DNA of 64,000 bases from a virus. A program made the position numbers and the translations under genes. The stretch lies in IMG/VR virus record IMGVR_UViG_3300020180_000010, positions 1 through 64,000 of that record; one strand, given 5' to 3'. Below the pieces are notes generated by a model, which did no database searches, had not been told where the DNA came from, and saw nothing but the letters and a program-made list of their open reading frames with translations. This document shows, piece after piece, positions 46,786-56,297 of this stretch; position 1 is the stretch's first letter; each line of letters begins with the position of its first letter.

Positions 46786-47381
46786 TTAAGTTTCTCCAAT
46801 ATTGAAAAATCAAAGCCAAGAGCCTTTAATTTTTGACATGCTTCTAAATATTTAGGATCGGCTCCATCATCCTGAGCCGCCATAACTAAAAAAGCCAAGC
46901 TTCCGTAGGTTTCACAGCTAGGAAGATTTAGATTCGATAATGCTTCCAAACACGGTGGTGGAAGAAAAGAGTCACGCCGGACTTCTTTCCTGGCCATGTA
47001 TTTAAATTTGAAATCTGTAATGAAAATATTATTGGCCAGAAAACCTATCGCGGTGATACGTTTATTCGTTCCGACAATTTTCGTATCGAAGATCCAATCA
47101 ATATATTCTTTCAAGGTTACGGGATCCGTACTGAGGGACGCGGCGACTCGACTCAATTGATACACTTCATAAGATTTTGACGGAGCCGCGTTAAACTTGA
47201 ACGAATAATCAACTCCATATTGATCTTTATATCGCTTGACGAAATAACCAATCAGATGGGCGGCCTTCCATTTAGAAGGTTCTAATGTATTAATTTCAGA
47301 GAATTTATCAAAGAATTTTTTGTAATGAATGGAAGGTGTAGAAGTGAAGTCCGCGTCATCTGCATTAGATTTCTTTTTCAT
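46782..47381 (-). CDS. hypothetical protein, possible replication initiator
   Basis: Helical protein upstream of the loader and helicase; function inferred from position only. Confidence 0.6.
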   Translation of the reverse strand: MKKKSNADDADFTSTPSIHYKKFFDKFSEINTLEPSKWKAAHLIGYFVKRYKDQYGVDYSFKFNAAPSKSYEVYQLSRVAASLSTDPVTLKEYIDWIFDTKIVGTNKRITAIGFLANNIFITDFKFKYMARKEVRRDSFLPPPCLEALSNLNLPSCETYGSLAFLVMAAQDDGADPKYLEACQKLKALGFDFSILEKLK

Positions 47382-47444
47382 TTAAATAATTTCTATACGT
47401 TAAAATAGCACGGTGAGACGCTTGAAGTCGAAGAGATCATAACT

Positions 47445-47984
47445 TCACCAAATTGCTATCATTTTTATCAGGCGGGTGAATTCTTCATTATCAAAACAAT
47501 TTATTTCGTTTCCATTCAGAAACCATTGTTTATGACCATTAACATATTCAACAGCCGGACCATCTTCTCGATGACGTTTACCGTTTTGGTACCAAAATTT
47601 GTTACCATCGATATATTCGCAAGCTGGTCCATCTTCTCGATGATGAATGCCATTCAGATACCACTCTTTACCACCTTTGTAATTTTCAATGGCCGGTCCG
47701 TCTTCTCGATGACGTTTGCCATTGAGATACCAATGTTTATCGCCATTAACATATTCAACTCGATGAAGCCTACCATTTAGATACCAATATTTGCTACCAT
47801 CGACATATTCGCAAGCTGGTCCATCTTCTCTATGAAGATTGCCATTGAGACACCAATGTTTATCGCCATTAACATATTCAACAGCCGGACCATCTTCTCG
47901 ATGAAGCCTACCATTTAGATACCAATGTTTATCGCCATTGACAAATTCAACACTCGGGTCTTCATGTTTATAAAATAAATTCAT
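47445..47984 (-). CDS. HREDGPA repeat protein
   Basis: 5 full units plus one with a 15-bp deletion; tail NEEFTRLIKMIAIW. Confidence 0.85.
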   Translation of the reverse strand: MNLFYKHEDPSVEFVNGDKHWYLNGRLHREDGPAVEYVNGDKHWCLNGNLHREDGPACEYVDGSKYWYLNGRLHRVEYVNGDKHWYLNGKRHREDGPAIENYKGGKEWYLNGIHHREDGPACEYIDGNKFWYQNGKRHREDGPAVEYVNGHKQWFLNGNEINCFDNEEFTRLIKMIAIW

Positions 47985-48010
47985 TATTGTATAGATTTAT
48001 TTATTTTTTA

Positions 48011-48403
48011 CTAAACAATACTGATAAGTTTTTCATAATCCTGTGGTACATGACGTTGTATTAGAGGTCCGGCGTTATAAATGATAATTTTATCAGAATT
48101 CAATAATTCAAATGTTGATTCGGCATTTTCTGCAAAAACCACCGGCATACCATAAATATATTGCCATGACAAATACCATGGATACATAATAGAAATTATT
48201 GTTTCGTGCCCAAATGTTATATTATTTAGACTTAAAACCCTAAGAGATTCCATTGAGTTTAGAGGATATTTCTTGTAAGATACAAATAAACTTTTATTAT
48301 CAGTATAGGTACGGTGATAGTCTGATATGAATTCATATTCATCGATAAGCTCGGCACCTCTGGCAAACATTTTGGTAAGAAAAATTATTTTTTCTTGTTC
48401 CAC
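48011..48403 (-). CDS. hypothetical protein with shared C-terminal motif (KLISIV)
   Basis: 130 aa AT-rich ORF. Confidence 0.65.
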   Translation of the reverse strand: MEQEKIIFLTKMFARGAELIDEYEFISDYHRTYTDNKSLFVSYKKYPLNSMESLRVLSLNNITFGHETIISIMYPWYLSWQYIYGMPVVFAENAESTFELLNSDKIIIYNAGPLIQRHVPQDYEKLISIV

Positions 48404-49881
48404 TTTACGTCAAAACCTTCTTCTGATTTATAGACTTTATATCTTATTTTAGAGTGTTTATCGAGCCACTTGCAATTATCGGCAAAATCAACCACCGCCG
48501 CAAAACGTTTGCCAGGAAACTTACGGATGACCCGACCGATCCTTTGGATCGATTTTATGCTTGATTTACCAGCACACGCGATCACCAGTCCTGATAGGGA
48601 GGGCAGGTCGACCCCTATCTCGAAGATCTTTGAGGCCAAGATGCATTTGATCTTACCCTCGGTTAATTGCTTCTTCACCGCCTCACGCTCCTCCGCTGAA
48701 TCTGAACCATCCAGAATCGCACATGGTAACTCCTGACGAATCATGTCATACAATATTCTACCGTGAGATAAATTGTTAAACAGAACAAGTGTCTGGTATC
48801 CCTGATCAACAATCTGTTTCGTTGCCTTCAGAACCAATTCATTCCGTACAGGATTCTCCACTACGTATTTTTTATATACTGATTGATAATTGTTCTGTAT
48901 CTCTCCATCATATTCCGGAACTGTCATGAACCTGATTATAGGCCTGGCAAGCAATCCCCTCTCGATAAGATAACTTGCCGGAATATTAACTATATATTTT
49001 CCAAGGATCCCTTCAACCAACAAATCTGCATTGTCTTCCCTCCAAGGAGACCCGGATAATCCATAAATATATTCTGATGATTTTAAATGCTTGTATATTT
49101 TCTGAATAGTTTCACACGCACAAACATGACACTCATCAAACTGATGAACCTTTGCAGTTTCGATCATTTTGATAATATCATTCTTTTTATCAAGATTCAG
49201 TGTCTCATCATCTTGCTCCGAATCAACCAGAATCTCATTCTTTTTCAATCCTAATGCTTGACCGATTGTCCAGATACTAGCGATGGTCACGTTACGGATG
49301 TTACAGTGCCCATCACCTACCATTCCGACGTTTTCTGTTCCGAGCAATTCTGAATAAAGATTATAAAATTGATAAAGAAGATCTTTTCCAATTACATAAA
49401 TAACTGTAGATCGGTTCAGATCACATGTAATTAGAAGTGAAATTAATGATTTTCCTGAACCTGTAGCGGATTTAATTATCCCACGATCATGCAGTCGAAC
49501 CTGATCCAAAACTGCTAATTGATAATCATATGGTTCTTTCCCAATAGCTTTTAATTTTAATAAAATATTGTCAAGATCAGGTTTAACACTTGATTTAGCT
49601 GGACGCTGATCCTGAACGGTATACTGGATATTCTGTTCAGAATAGAACTGCTGTATCCTGGGAACTAAACCCGTTGGAAATTTTAGATCTCCTGTAAGTA
49701 TTTTCCGTACACCATCCCAACGTTGGAATTTACCAGACTTATCAACGAATCCTTTAAAAGCTCGGCTATACTGGGCGCCCGGAACTCGAAATGATAGGAG
49801 CTGATCCAATCTGATCAATAGCTCAGGATCATCTTCAGATTGTATCTGGCTATAATTTCCCAGTATAACGATTTGACGCAT
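48385..49881 (-). CDS. SF2 DNA helicase (UvsW-like)
   Basis: YDYQ, ATGSGKS, DECH, SGSP, GVDLP, QRIGR. Confidence 0.92.
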   Translation of the reverse strand: MRQIVILGNYSQIQSEDDPELLIRLDQLLSFRVPGAQYSRAFKGFVDKSGKFQRWDGVRKILTGDLKFPTGLVPRIQQFYSEQNIQYTVQDQRPAKSSVKPDLDNILLKLKAIGKEPYDYQLAVLDQVRLHDRGIIKSATGSGKSLISLLITCDLNRSTVIYVIGKDLLYQFYNLYSELLGTENVGMVGDGHCNIRNVTIASIWTIGQALGLKKNEILVDSEQDDETLNLDKKNDIIKMIETAKVHQFDECHVCACETIQKIYKHLKSSEYIYGLSGSPWREDNADLLVEGILGKYIVNIPASYLIERGLLARPIIRFMTVPEYDGEIQNNYQSVYKKYVVENPVRNELVLKATKQIVDQGYQTLVLFNNLSHGRILYDMIRQELPCAILDGSDSAEEREAVKKQLTEGKIKCILASKIFEIGVDLPSLSGLVIACAGKSSIKSIQRIGRVIRKFPGKRFAAVVDFADNCKWLDKHSKIRYKVYKSEEGFDVKWNKKK

Positions 49882-49914
49882 ATATAATTATATGCGGCGA
49901 TTTCCATTATATCG

Positions 49915-51168
49915 TCATGTGGAACGTTTGCCGCCTGTCGGAAGCCCACGCCTCAAAGTAATCCCTTTTCTGATCTCATCGCTCATATTTACTACAGTCT
50001 CGCGTGGAAATGTCGCGGGCTTTTCTTCCTGTTGTTGTTGCTTTGAAATTTTACTTTCTTGACTTAACAAATATTCAGGATTAATTGATTTAAAAGAAAA
50101 AGATGAATCCATAGCCCTGATAACAATTCCTTCTCGTAAAATATTAGAATTGATTTTAGACTTATCGTTACTAAGGCCAACGTAATACTTAATATCATTA
50201 ATAAGCGGAACATTTGTCTGAATCACCGGAACCATATTTAATTCTAACTCAGAAGTTATTGCCCATAGACTTTCATAATCAACATATTTTTTCTCATCTA
50301 TATCATAAATGGAAAATACTCTCATTTGATATTCAGGTAGACCGTAAACATTACCCTGAATCTTCGGACCAAAAATTTCTCCCTGGATAGCAATATTTTT
50401 ATTAAGTTTAATTAATTTTCTTTCCAAATCATATTTGGTCATGATTTGGCAAATCGGATGTGTCTTATTAGAGCTCTTATTTGAATTATAAATAATTTGA
50501 TTACGCGAACATGCCAGGAAACAATATTTATTTCCAAATAACCCTGATAACCAATTACCATTTAACTTACGATAAATATAAGTACAGGATGATCCTTCAC
50601 ATTTTTCAGCGATGTAACAGGCCGTGCCTTCCTTATCAAAGAGAAGACCTCCCATCTTCTGCACTCTCGTTTCATCTGTTTTCGGAACATATGATGGAAA
50701 AGATCCTGTCTTGACTGGTTTGATACGAAATATTTTCCACTTTAACCAACCATAATAACTCTCGATCCAGCTTCGCTTTTCCTGAAGCTCTTCTTCAATA
50801 TCATTATCAAGTTCATATTTTGAAATACCAAGGATTTCCGTCAAATCATCGCCAATCCGTGCCTTATCAATATCAAAAGAAGGATTGACTTCTTTTACAA
50901 TTGATAGAGGAAAAGCAATTCCCTGTGAAATTTGTTTGCGAATTTTTATTGTTTTGATTCTAAATTTTTTAGGACGTAGAAACTCGAACACCGGAACTTC
51001 CGGAAGGACCGAGTCTATCTCACAATAGACCGCTAGATCTCCAACTTTAAATTCATCCTTCTTTACTACTAGTTCCCAGCCAAGAATCGTCGCACATTCA
51101 ATTTTATCTGCATCCTGAATAGGTTTTAATTCTTTAATCGTTTCTATATATGCTAATGCTCTTTTCAT
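49915..51168 (-). CDS. ATP-dependent RNA ligase (DRB0094/Rnl5-like)
   Basis: N-terminal PI.DADKIE...W..VV.K..F..GD; PKTDE.R.Q; EKCEGSS; QGE; REGIV; FKSIN. Confidence 0.88.
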   Translation of the reverse strand: MKRALAYIETIKELKPIQDADKIECATILGWELVVKKDEFKVGDLAVYCEIDSVLPEVPVFEFLRPKKFRIKTIKIRKQISQGIAFPLSIVKEVNPSFDIDKARIGDDLTEILGISKYELDNDIEEELQEKRSWIESYYGWLKWKIFRIKPVKTGSFPSYVPKTDETRVQKMGGLLFDKEGTACYIAEKCEGSSCTYIYRKLNGNWLSGLFGNKYCFLACSRNQIIYNSNKSSNKTHPICQIMTKYDLERKLIKLNKNIAIQGEIFGPKIQGNVYGLPEYQMRVFSIYDIDEKKYVDYESLWAITSELELNMVPVIQTNVPLINDIKYYVGLSNDKSKINSNILREGIVIRAMDSSFSFKSINPEYLLSQESKISKQQQQEEKPATFPRETVVNMSDEIRKGITLRRGLPTGGKRST

Positions 51169-51179
51169 AATATTTTGCC

Positions 51180-51992
51180 TTATATTTCAGTAATGGACTC
51201 TGGGCGTGATGATTCTGTCACGATAGTTTCTTCGAGCATAGAATCTATATCTGATTCTTTAGGCAAAGATTCTAATCTATTAAAAATACCTTCAGTAGCA
51301 TCGTCCCAACAATAAATGCTAGGATAACTTTCCTTATAGTCAGATAAAAATGTTATCAGGTCATCTGGATCGCTATGATCCACATGAACCTGACCAACAG
51401 GGCAAATCAGCTTCCCTTCAAGTTTGTTTGTTTTGGTGAGTCGAAGCAAATCATTAAAACTCTCCTGAAGAACCGTAGAAACGTGAGCATAACTTTTACG
51501 TTTTTCTGAATCAAGACAGAAAGGAAGGAATGCGTCGCAGTGTTTAAAAAATGAAATATATGGAAAATTTCCATTGAAATTATATATTGATGGCCCGGTA
51601 AATCCTAAGAAAGGATCCGGGCCGGTTTTTTTACGAAGAGTAGATAAGAATCTCTCGACTTCGACGGAATATCCTCGCCATTCATCTTCCGTTAGTAAGA
51701 TATGGCCATCCGAACCTTCTTTTTGACAAGAAAGAATCTGCTGAATTTCCGCAGCCCAGGTTGATGGTCGGGAGAAATTCCAGGTATAGATTTTCAATCC
51801 AGCTTCATGACACTGATCTATAAATTTAGATGAAAGTGGCATGTACCATTGATTAAGTCGGTAGGCATCACCGCTCTTTACAGCGATCCATCCTATGTGG
51901 TGATCTAAACATTTTTGTATAATTAATGATGAATTACCATTCTCGCATTTTGCGATATTTTTAATCCAAATTCCTAATTTTTGTTCTTGCAT
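51180..51992 (-). CDS. glycoside-hydrolase-like TIM-barrel protein, possibly degenerate
   Basis: GIWI....CENG...VKSGD...GLKIYTW...DG.IL..E.EW pattern. Confidence 0.5.
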   Translation of the reverse strand: MQEQKLGIWIKNIAKCENGNSSLIIQKCLDHHIGWIAVKSGDAYRLNQWYMPLSSKFIDQCHEAGLKIYTWNFSRPSTWAAEIQQILSCQKEGSDGHILLTEDEWRGYSVEVERFLSTLRKKTGPDPFLGFTGPSIYNFNGNFPYISFFKHCDAFLPFCLDSEKRKSYAHVSTVLQESFNDLLRLTKTNKLEGKLICPVGQVHVDHSDPDDLITFLSDYKESYPSIYCWDDATEGIFNRLESLPKESDIDSMLEETIVTESSRPESITEI

Positions 51993-52016
51993 ACGTTTTC
52001 TCTAAACAAATTCAAT

Positions 52017-52058
52017 AAAAACAAAAACCGACCAGACTATGTTAATAATCTGGTCGGT
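52017..52058 (-). terminator. intrinsic terminator after the tubulin gene
   Basis: ACCGACCAGA...TCTGGTCGGT followed by TTTTGTTTTT on the minus strand. Confidence 0.8.
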
Positions 52059-52093
52059 CAGCCCGGCCTCGCCTGCAATCCTATTCAGTTATA

Positions 52094-53452
52094 TCATTTT
52101 CGCTTATCGACAACTGATCCCATGAGCTTGCCGAAATTTGAACTCTTGGCGGCAATTTTTTCGCGAATCTTCTGCGCTTCCGATACCGTCTCATTCTTTC
52201 CCGTATCTAACTGTAAAGACAAGTTCCGCTGACTGTCTCGATTCTTAATCGTTTCGGTATGCTGCGCTACTTCAGCTTTCAGTTGTGTAATTCTGGATCC
52301 AGGAAGTCCCAATCCGCTAAATATCGAATAAACCTTCACACAGTCTTCATCCGACTCAACTGTATAGATTCCCTTGAACACGCCTTTTGGCGTTCCGCAT
52401 TGCTCATTAATCATTTCAAGGGCATAATTCACCGCAACGTTCGGAATCTGCCTCCAAACACGTTCCGGCGCAACAAACATCACTCCTACGTATTTTGATT
52501 GCTTCAAATCAAACCCACTTGCGAGAAGATTTGAATTCAAATTCTCAATAACAGCCTCGGCAATCGCAGTATTCTCCGTATATTGAGTTACTTTCATTTC
52601 ACCATAAATGGAAAGTCCCTCGCCATCAATAAATAATTTAGCCATTTCCGTAGGATCGAGCCCCTTCACCCCAGATGGCATACTAGACAGTGTATTGAAT
52701 ACCTCGATCGGCTCGACAATGGCTCGGTTAGCCATAGGATAAAAATCAAGCTGATTAATGTCTTGATAAATCGTTTCGATTTTAGCGTTATCCACTACGA
52801 TGAGATTGCTTACCTTCTTGGTTTCGGTAAGTTTAGCTAGTTTGCTGAGAGTTTCGAGAGAATTGCTTTTGGTTTGAGCATCCTCGGTACTCATGGGCAG
52901 CACCGTTATCACGATCAAGGGCTTCCCTAGTCCTGACAGGATATCCACGAGCGTTTCGCACGAACCTGCGCCGGAGCCTCCTCCCAAAGAAAGGCACAGG
53001 ATATTGACTTGGGAGGCCCCTAATCTGGAATGCAGAAGTTCAGTGATTTGGGGCCGATACATTTCGGCTGCCGCGCGACCAATTTCCAATTCCTTCGCCG
53101 CACCACCGAGAGAATAATCCAATAGAAGCTTGTTAGCTTCTGGAATCTTGATGAATTTCAAATCTTGAGATGCGGTATTCAGTACAACAGTATCGTAGCC
53201 TTCATTATATAGACATTCGGCGAGTCTTGAGCCGCCCTGACCGCTCCCTATGACTCCGAACGCGATGCTACGTGTTTTCTTTTCTACAATCTTCATATCA
53301 TTTTTCTTTTTATCAGCCAATTTCGCTTTAAGTGAGCTAAGTTTGGCTTCGTCTACATTGGGTTCGGTATTCTCCGGAACCTTTACATCTGAAATATCAT
53401 CCATCAAAACCTCTGCGTCATTATGATCAGTAATTTCGTTTCTTACAGACAT
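52094..53452 (-). CDS. tubulin/FtsZ-superfamily GTPase
   Basis: GSGQGGSRLA, NTA.QD, GGAAK, signature SLGGGSGAG, VDN, LDPTE. Confidence 0.9.
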   Translation of the reverse strand: MSVRNEITDHNDAEVLMDDISDVKVPENTEPNVDEAKLSSLKAKLADKKKNDMKIVEKKTRSIAFGVIGSGQGGSRLAECLYNEGYDTVVLNTASQDLKFIKIPEANKLLLDYSLGGAAKELEIGRAAAEMYRPQITELLHSRLGASQVNILCLSLGGGSGAGSCETLVDILSGLGKPLIVITVLPMSTEDAQTKSNSLETLSKLAKLTETKKVSNLIVVDNAKIETIYQDINQLDFYPMANRAIVEPIEVFNTLSSMPSGVKGLDPTEMAKLFIDGEGLSIYGEMKVTQYTENTAIAEAVIENLNSNLLASGFDLKQSKYVGVMFVAPERVWRQIPNVAVNYALEMINEQCGTPKGVFKGIYTVESDEDCVKVYSIFSGLGLPGSRITQLKAEVAQHTETIKNRDSQRNLSLQLDTGKNETVSEAQKIREKIAAKSSNFGKLMGSVVDKRK

Positions 53453-53469
53453 ATATCTCTTTCTCTAAA

Positions 53470-54429
53470 TCAGAGGCGTAAAAACCATAGATTATTACGG
53501 TACCACTCAACAGTTATTTCGAGACCTCGCCTGAGCTTTATCGTCGGTTCCCAGCCAAGACTTTTAAGTTTATTGCAATCAAGAGAATATCTGAAATCAT
53601 GACCTGCACGATCCGGAACGAACGTTAATAAATCAGTATAATCCTTATCCATAACCTTGCTCAGGAGATGTAGGAGTTCAATATTTGAAAGCTCTTGATT
53701 AGTTCCGACATTATAAATCTCATTCTCAAAACCATTATTCATTATAAACTGAACCGCTGCACAGTTATCCTGCACATGAATCCATGACCTGACCTGACTT
53801 CCCTTTCCGTAAATCGGAATCTTTTCATTATTTATAATGCATTTTATAATCTTTGGAATTAATTTATCCACAGATTGTCTTGGTCCATAATTATTTGATG
53901 ATCTTATTATATTGTATGGTAGTCCATACGTATGGTAAGCTGCCTGGATCAGAAGTTCTGCTGCGGCTTTGCTTGCGGCATACGGATTTCTAGGATTGAG
54001 GGGAGCCGTTTCATCCCAACTTTTTTGGGAATCATCGGTCAAGTGCCCATAAACCTCATCCGTAGATTGATAAATGAATTTTTCCACTTTCCATCTGACA
54101 CATGAATTCAGAAGTGTCTGGGTTCCCAGGACATTTGATCTGATAAATTCATTCGGATCCAATATAGAATCATCAACATGTGTATGAGCCGCGCCATGCA
54201 GGACAATGTCTGGGCGTTCCAACTCCATCACGACATTGATAAAATGTTGATCCGCTACGTCTCCAATATAAAATTTATGATTTTTATTCGCGTAGATATT
54301 ATTCAGAACATTTGTCTTCGTAACTTTATCAATGCTGACAAATGTATATGGTTGTTTTTCGTATACGGATTTTCTAACAAAATTAGAATATATGAATCCG
54401 CCGGTACCGGTAATCAGGACTTTCTTCAT
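53470..54429 (-). CDS. rmlB: dTDP-glucose 4,6-dehydratase
   Basis: AAHTHVD.SI, NV.GT, STDEVYG, PYAASKA, SNNYGP.Q, DRAGHD.RY. Confidence 0.9.
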   Translation of the reverse strand: MKKVLITGTGGFIYSNFVRKSVYEKQPYTFVSIDKVTKTNVLNNIYANKNHKFYIGDVADQHFINVVMELERPDIVLHGAAHTHVDDSILDPNEFIRSNVLGTQTLLNSCVRWKVEKFIYQSTDEVYGHLTDDSQKSWDETAPLNPRNPYAASKAAAELLIQAAYHTYGLPYNIIRSSNNYGPRQSVDKLIPKIIKCIINNEKIPIYGKGSQVRSWIHVQDNCAAVQFIMNNGFENEIYNVGTNQELSNIELLHLLSKVMDKDYTDLLTFVPDRAGHDFRYSLDCNKLKSLGWEPTIKLRRGLEITVEWYRNNLWFLRL

Positions 54430-55262
54430 GAAGATATTAATCCGTAATTCTTAATTTTTAAGTAAAGATCTTCGTCAATCTCATAACGGCCACTCCAGAT
54501 AGAATAAAAATATTTAATATTTTGATGAAGAAATAATCTATTTACTGGATTTTGTTTCAGAGTAACGGATTCACCATGAGTCATGTTGGTTTGCCCGCAC
54601 ATGATACATTTAAGTTTTAGATTTTTACTTATCTGGAGTGTCAGATCAACATCGTCATAACACCAGATAAACTTATTATCCCAGGCTTGACCGGTTCCCC
54701 TTAGTTTGCCGATTTCCATAAGAATTCTGGCTTTTGTTAACAGGCATGCACCCGTAAGAACTTGAAATTCACGATTTTGTCTAGCATGATCATCTACTGG
54801 CGATCCTGCCTTCAAATGTTTCGGAAGATTTCTTAGAGACTCGAATACAGTTCCGCAGAATTGAATTGATTCAGGATTACACCCAGGGTAGGAAAGTCTC
54901 GCCCCTACCGCTCCCACATCATCCATGTGGGATAAACTAACCATTCTATTTAATGATCTACCATCTTCCATCATGACATCATTATTTAGGAAAAGTACAA
55001 AATCATCCGGATCTGGATTGGTCTGATTGAATAGATAATTGCAGCCTTCTGCAAAATTCATTTTATTATCTGGATACTCAAAAACCTTTATATTTGGATC
55101 GTTCCAATTTTTAACTTTCTCAACCGTACCATCGGTACAACCGTTGCTTTTTATGCACCATTGGAAATCATGTCCGGTCTCTTTAAGATTAAGCAGTAAT
55201 CCTGGCTTTAAACGATCCAGCATATCGAAGCCATTCCAACTTAACGTATAAATGTAGATCAT
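54426..55262 (-). CDS. GT2 glycosyltransferase
   Basis: NGCTDGT, NFAEGCN, FLNND, GACLL, DVDL. Confidence 0.88.
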   Translation of the reverse strand: MIYIYTLSWNGFDMLDRLKPGLLLNLKETGHDFQWCIKSNGCTDGTVEKVKNWNDPNIKVFEYPDNKMNFAEGCNYLFNQTNPDPDDFVLFLNNDVMMEDGRSLNRMVSLSHMDDVGAVGARLSYPGCNPESIQFCGTVFESLRNLPKHLKAGSPVDDHARQNREFQVLTGACLLTKARILMEIGKLRGTGQAWDNKFIWCYDDVDLTLQISKNLKLKCIMCGQTNMTHGESVTLKQNPVNRLFLHQNIKYFYSIWSGRYEIDEDLYLKIKNYGLISS

Positions 55263-56272
55263 AAACCTGCCGAGATCGTTCCGAACAACTGCACACTGCT
55301 TGCCGTATCGACTCCCAAACCTGCTCCAATATAAAGATTTTTCATAAAAAGAATATGCTGTCCTACATTGTATTGAACCGGAATCAATATAGCTGAGGCT
55401 CGTTTTTCATTCAAGCCGTAACCGATTCCCAGGCCCAGAACCGTAATATCCGGCTGATCACGATATCTGCCATAACTCATTATATTTATCATTAATAATG
55501 GTGCGGCTTCAGCAGTCGGAACGGATATATTAGCGCCGAGTCCCATTCCTAGATATAATCTTGGATTCCAAAATGAAAAATGAGATTCCGGAACTTCTTG
55601 AAGAAATTTAGATTCTTGAATCTCAACCGGGTATTCTTGATCGTTCGATCTAATTATAAATTTATTATACGCGTATTCTTTACCACTGGAATCTTTTCCC
55701 ACGACTGTCGTTAGTTTATAAGCTCTCGGATAAACCTGAATATCCCAAGGGTTTTGTTTCCATGCACTGAATCCTACGCTTCCGAACGGGACGGATTTAT
55801 CTTGGAATTTTTCTGAAAGATTAAGTTTCTGTTGATTCTGTCCATATCCATAATTCAATTCTGGACATTTCCCATCAACGCACGGAACTGGAGGATTTGT
55901 CGGATCAATTCTCGGAACCGTATTATCTGACGGTAGGTTATCAGCTCGAAATCCTTTATTAGCAATGATTGCAGAATTTATGCTATGTAGATTGGCGTTA
56001 AAATCTGAAAGGTCTTTTTTTACCTGGTTAATTTCAAGAGAATGATTTTTTGCAAATGTTTCGATATCTTGTTTGGATGCGTATTGTGATTGGGCTCGTA
56101 GTATATTATCTGCTAATTGTTTTTGTTCGACGATCTGGTCCCGGATCATTTCTTGACGTTGTTTGATTTCAGCTAACCTGACTGCCAAGAAGACACCCGC
56201 CGCTAAAAGTAAGGTCAAACCAAGGAAAATAAGGATTTTATTTAAAGTTGACATGCGTCTACCACGCATCAC
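55259..56272 (-). CDS. membrane-anchored protein with coiled coil and beta-rich C-terminus
   Basis: N-terminal TM helix; terminal alternating strands LYLGMGLG, LGLGIGYG, LYIGAGLG. Confidence 0.7.
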   Translation of the reverse strand: MMRGRRMSTLNKILIFLGLTLLLAAGVFLAVRLAEIKQRQEMIRDQIVEQKQLADNILRAQSQYASKQDIETFAKNHSLEINQVKKDLSDFNANLHSINSAIIANKGFRADNLPSDNTVPRIDPTNPPVPCVDGKCPELNYGYGQNQQKLNLSEKFQDKSVPFGSVGFSAWKQNPWDIQVYPRAYKLTTVVGKDSSGKEYAYNKFIIRSNDQEYPVEIQESKFLQEVPESHFSFWNPRLYLGMGLGANISVPTAEAAPLLMINIMSYGRYRDQPDITVLGLGIGYGLNEKRASAILIPVQYNVGQHILFMKNLYIGAGLGVDTASSVQLFGTISAGL

Positions 56273-56285
56273 TCTTTAGAGGACA

Positions 56286-56297
56286 ATTATCGTCAAT
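56286..56297 (-). promoter_or_regulatory. candidate phage promoter ATTGACGATAAT
   Basis: Identical to 41556..41567. Confidence 0.45.

Noticed and set aside
42547-47984. Diversity-generating retroelement acting on the HREDGPA repeats
   Set aside because: No reverse transcriptase or non-coding template repeat in the window, and differences between copies are not confined to adenines.
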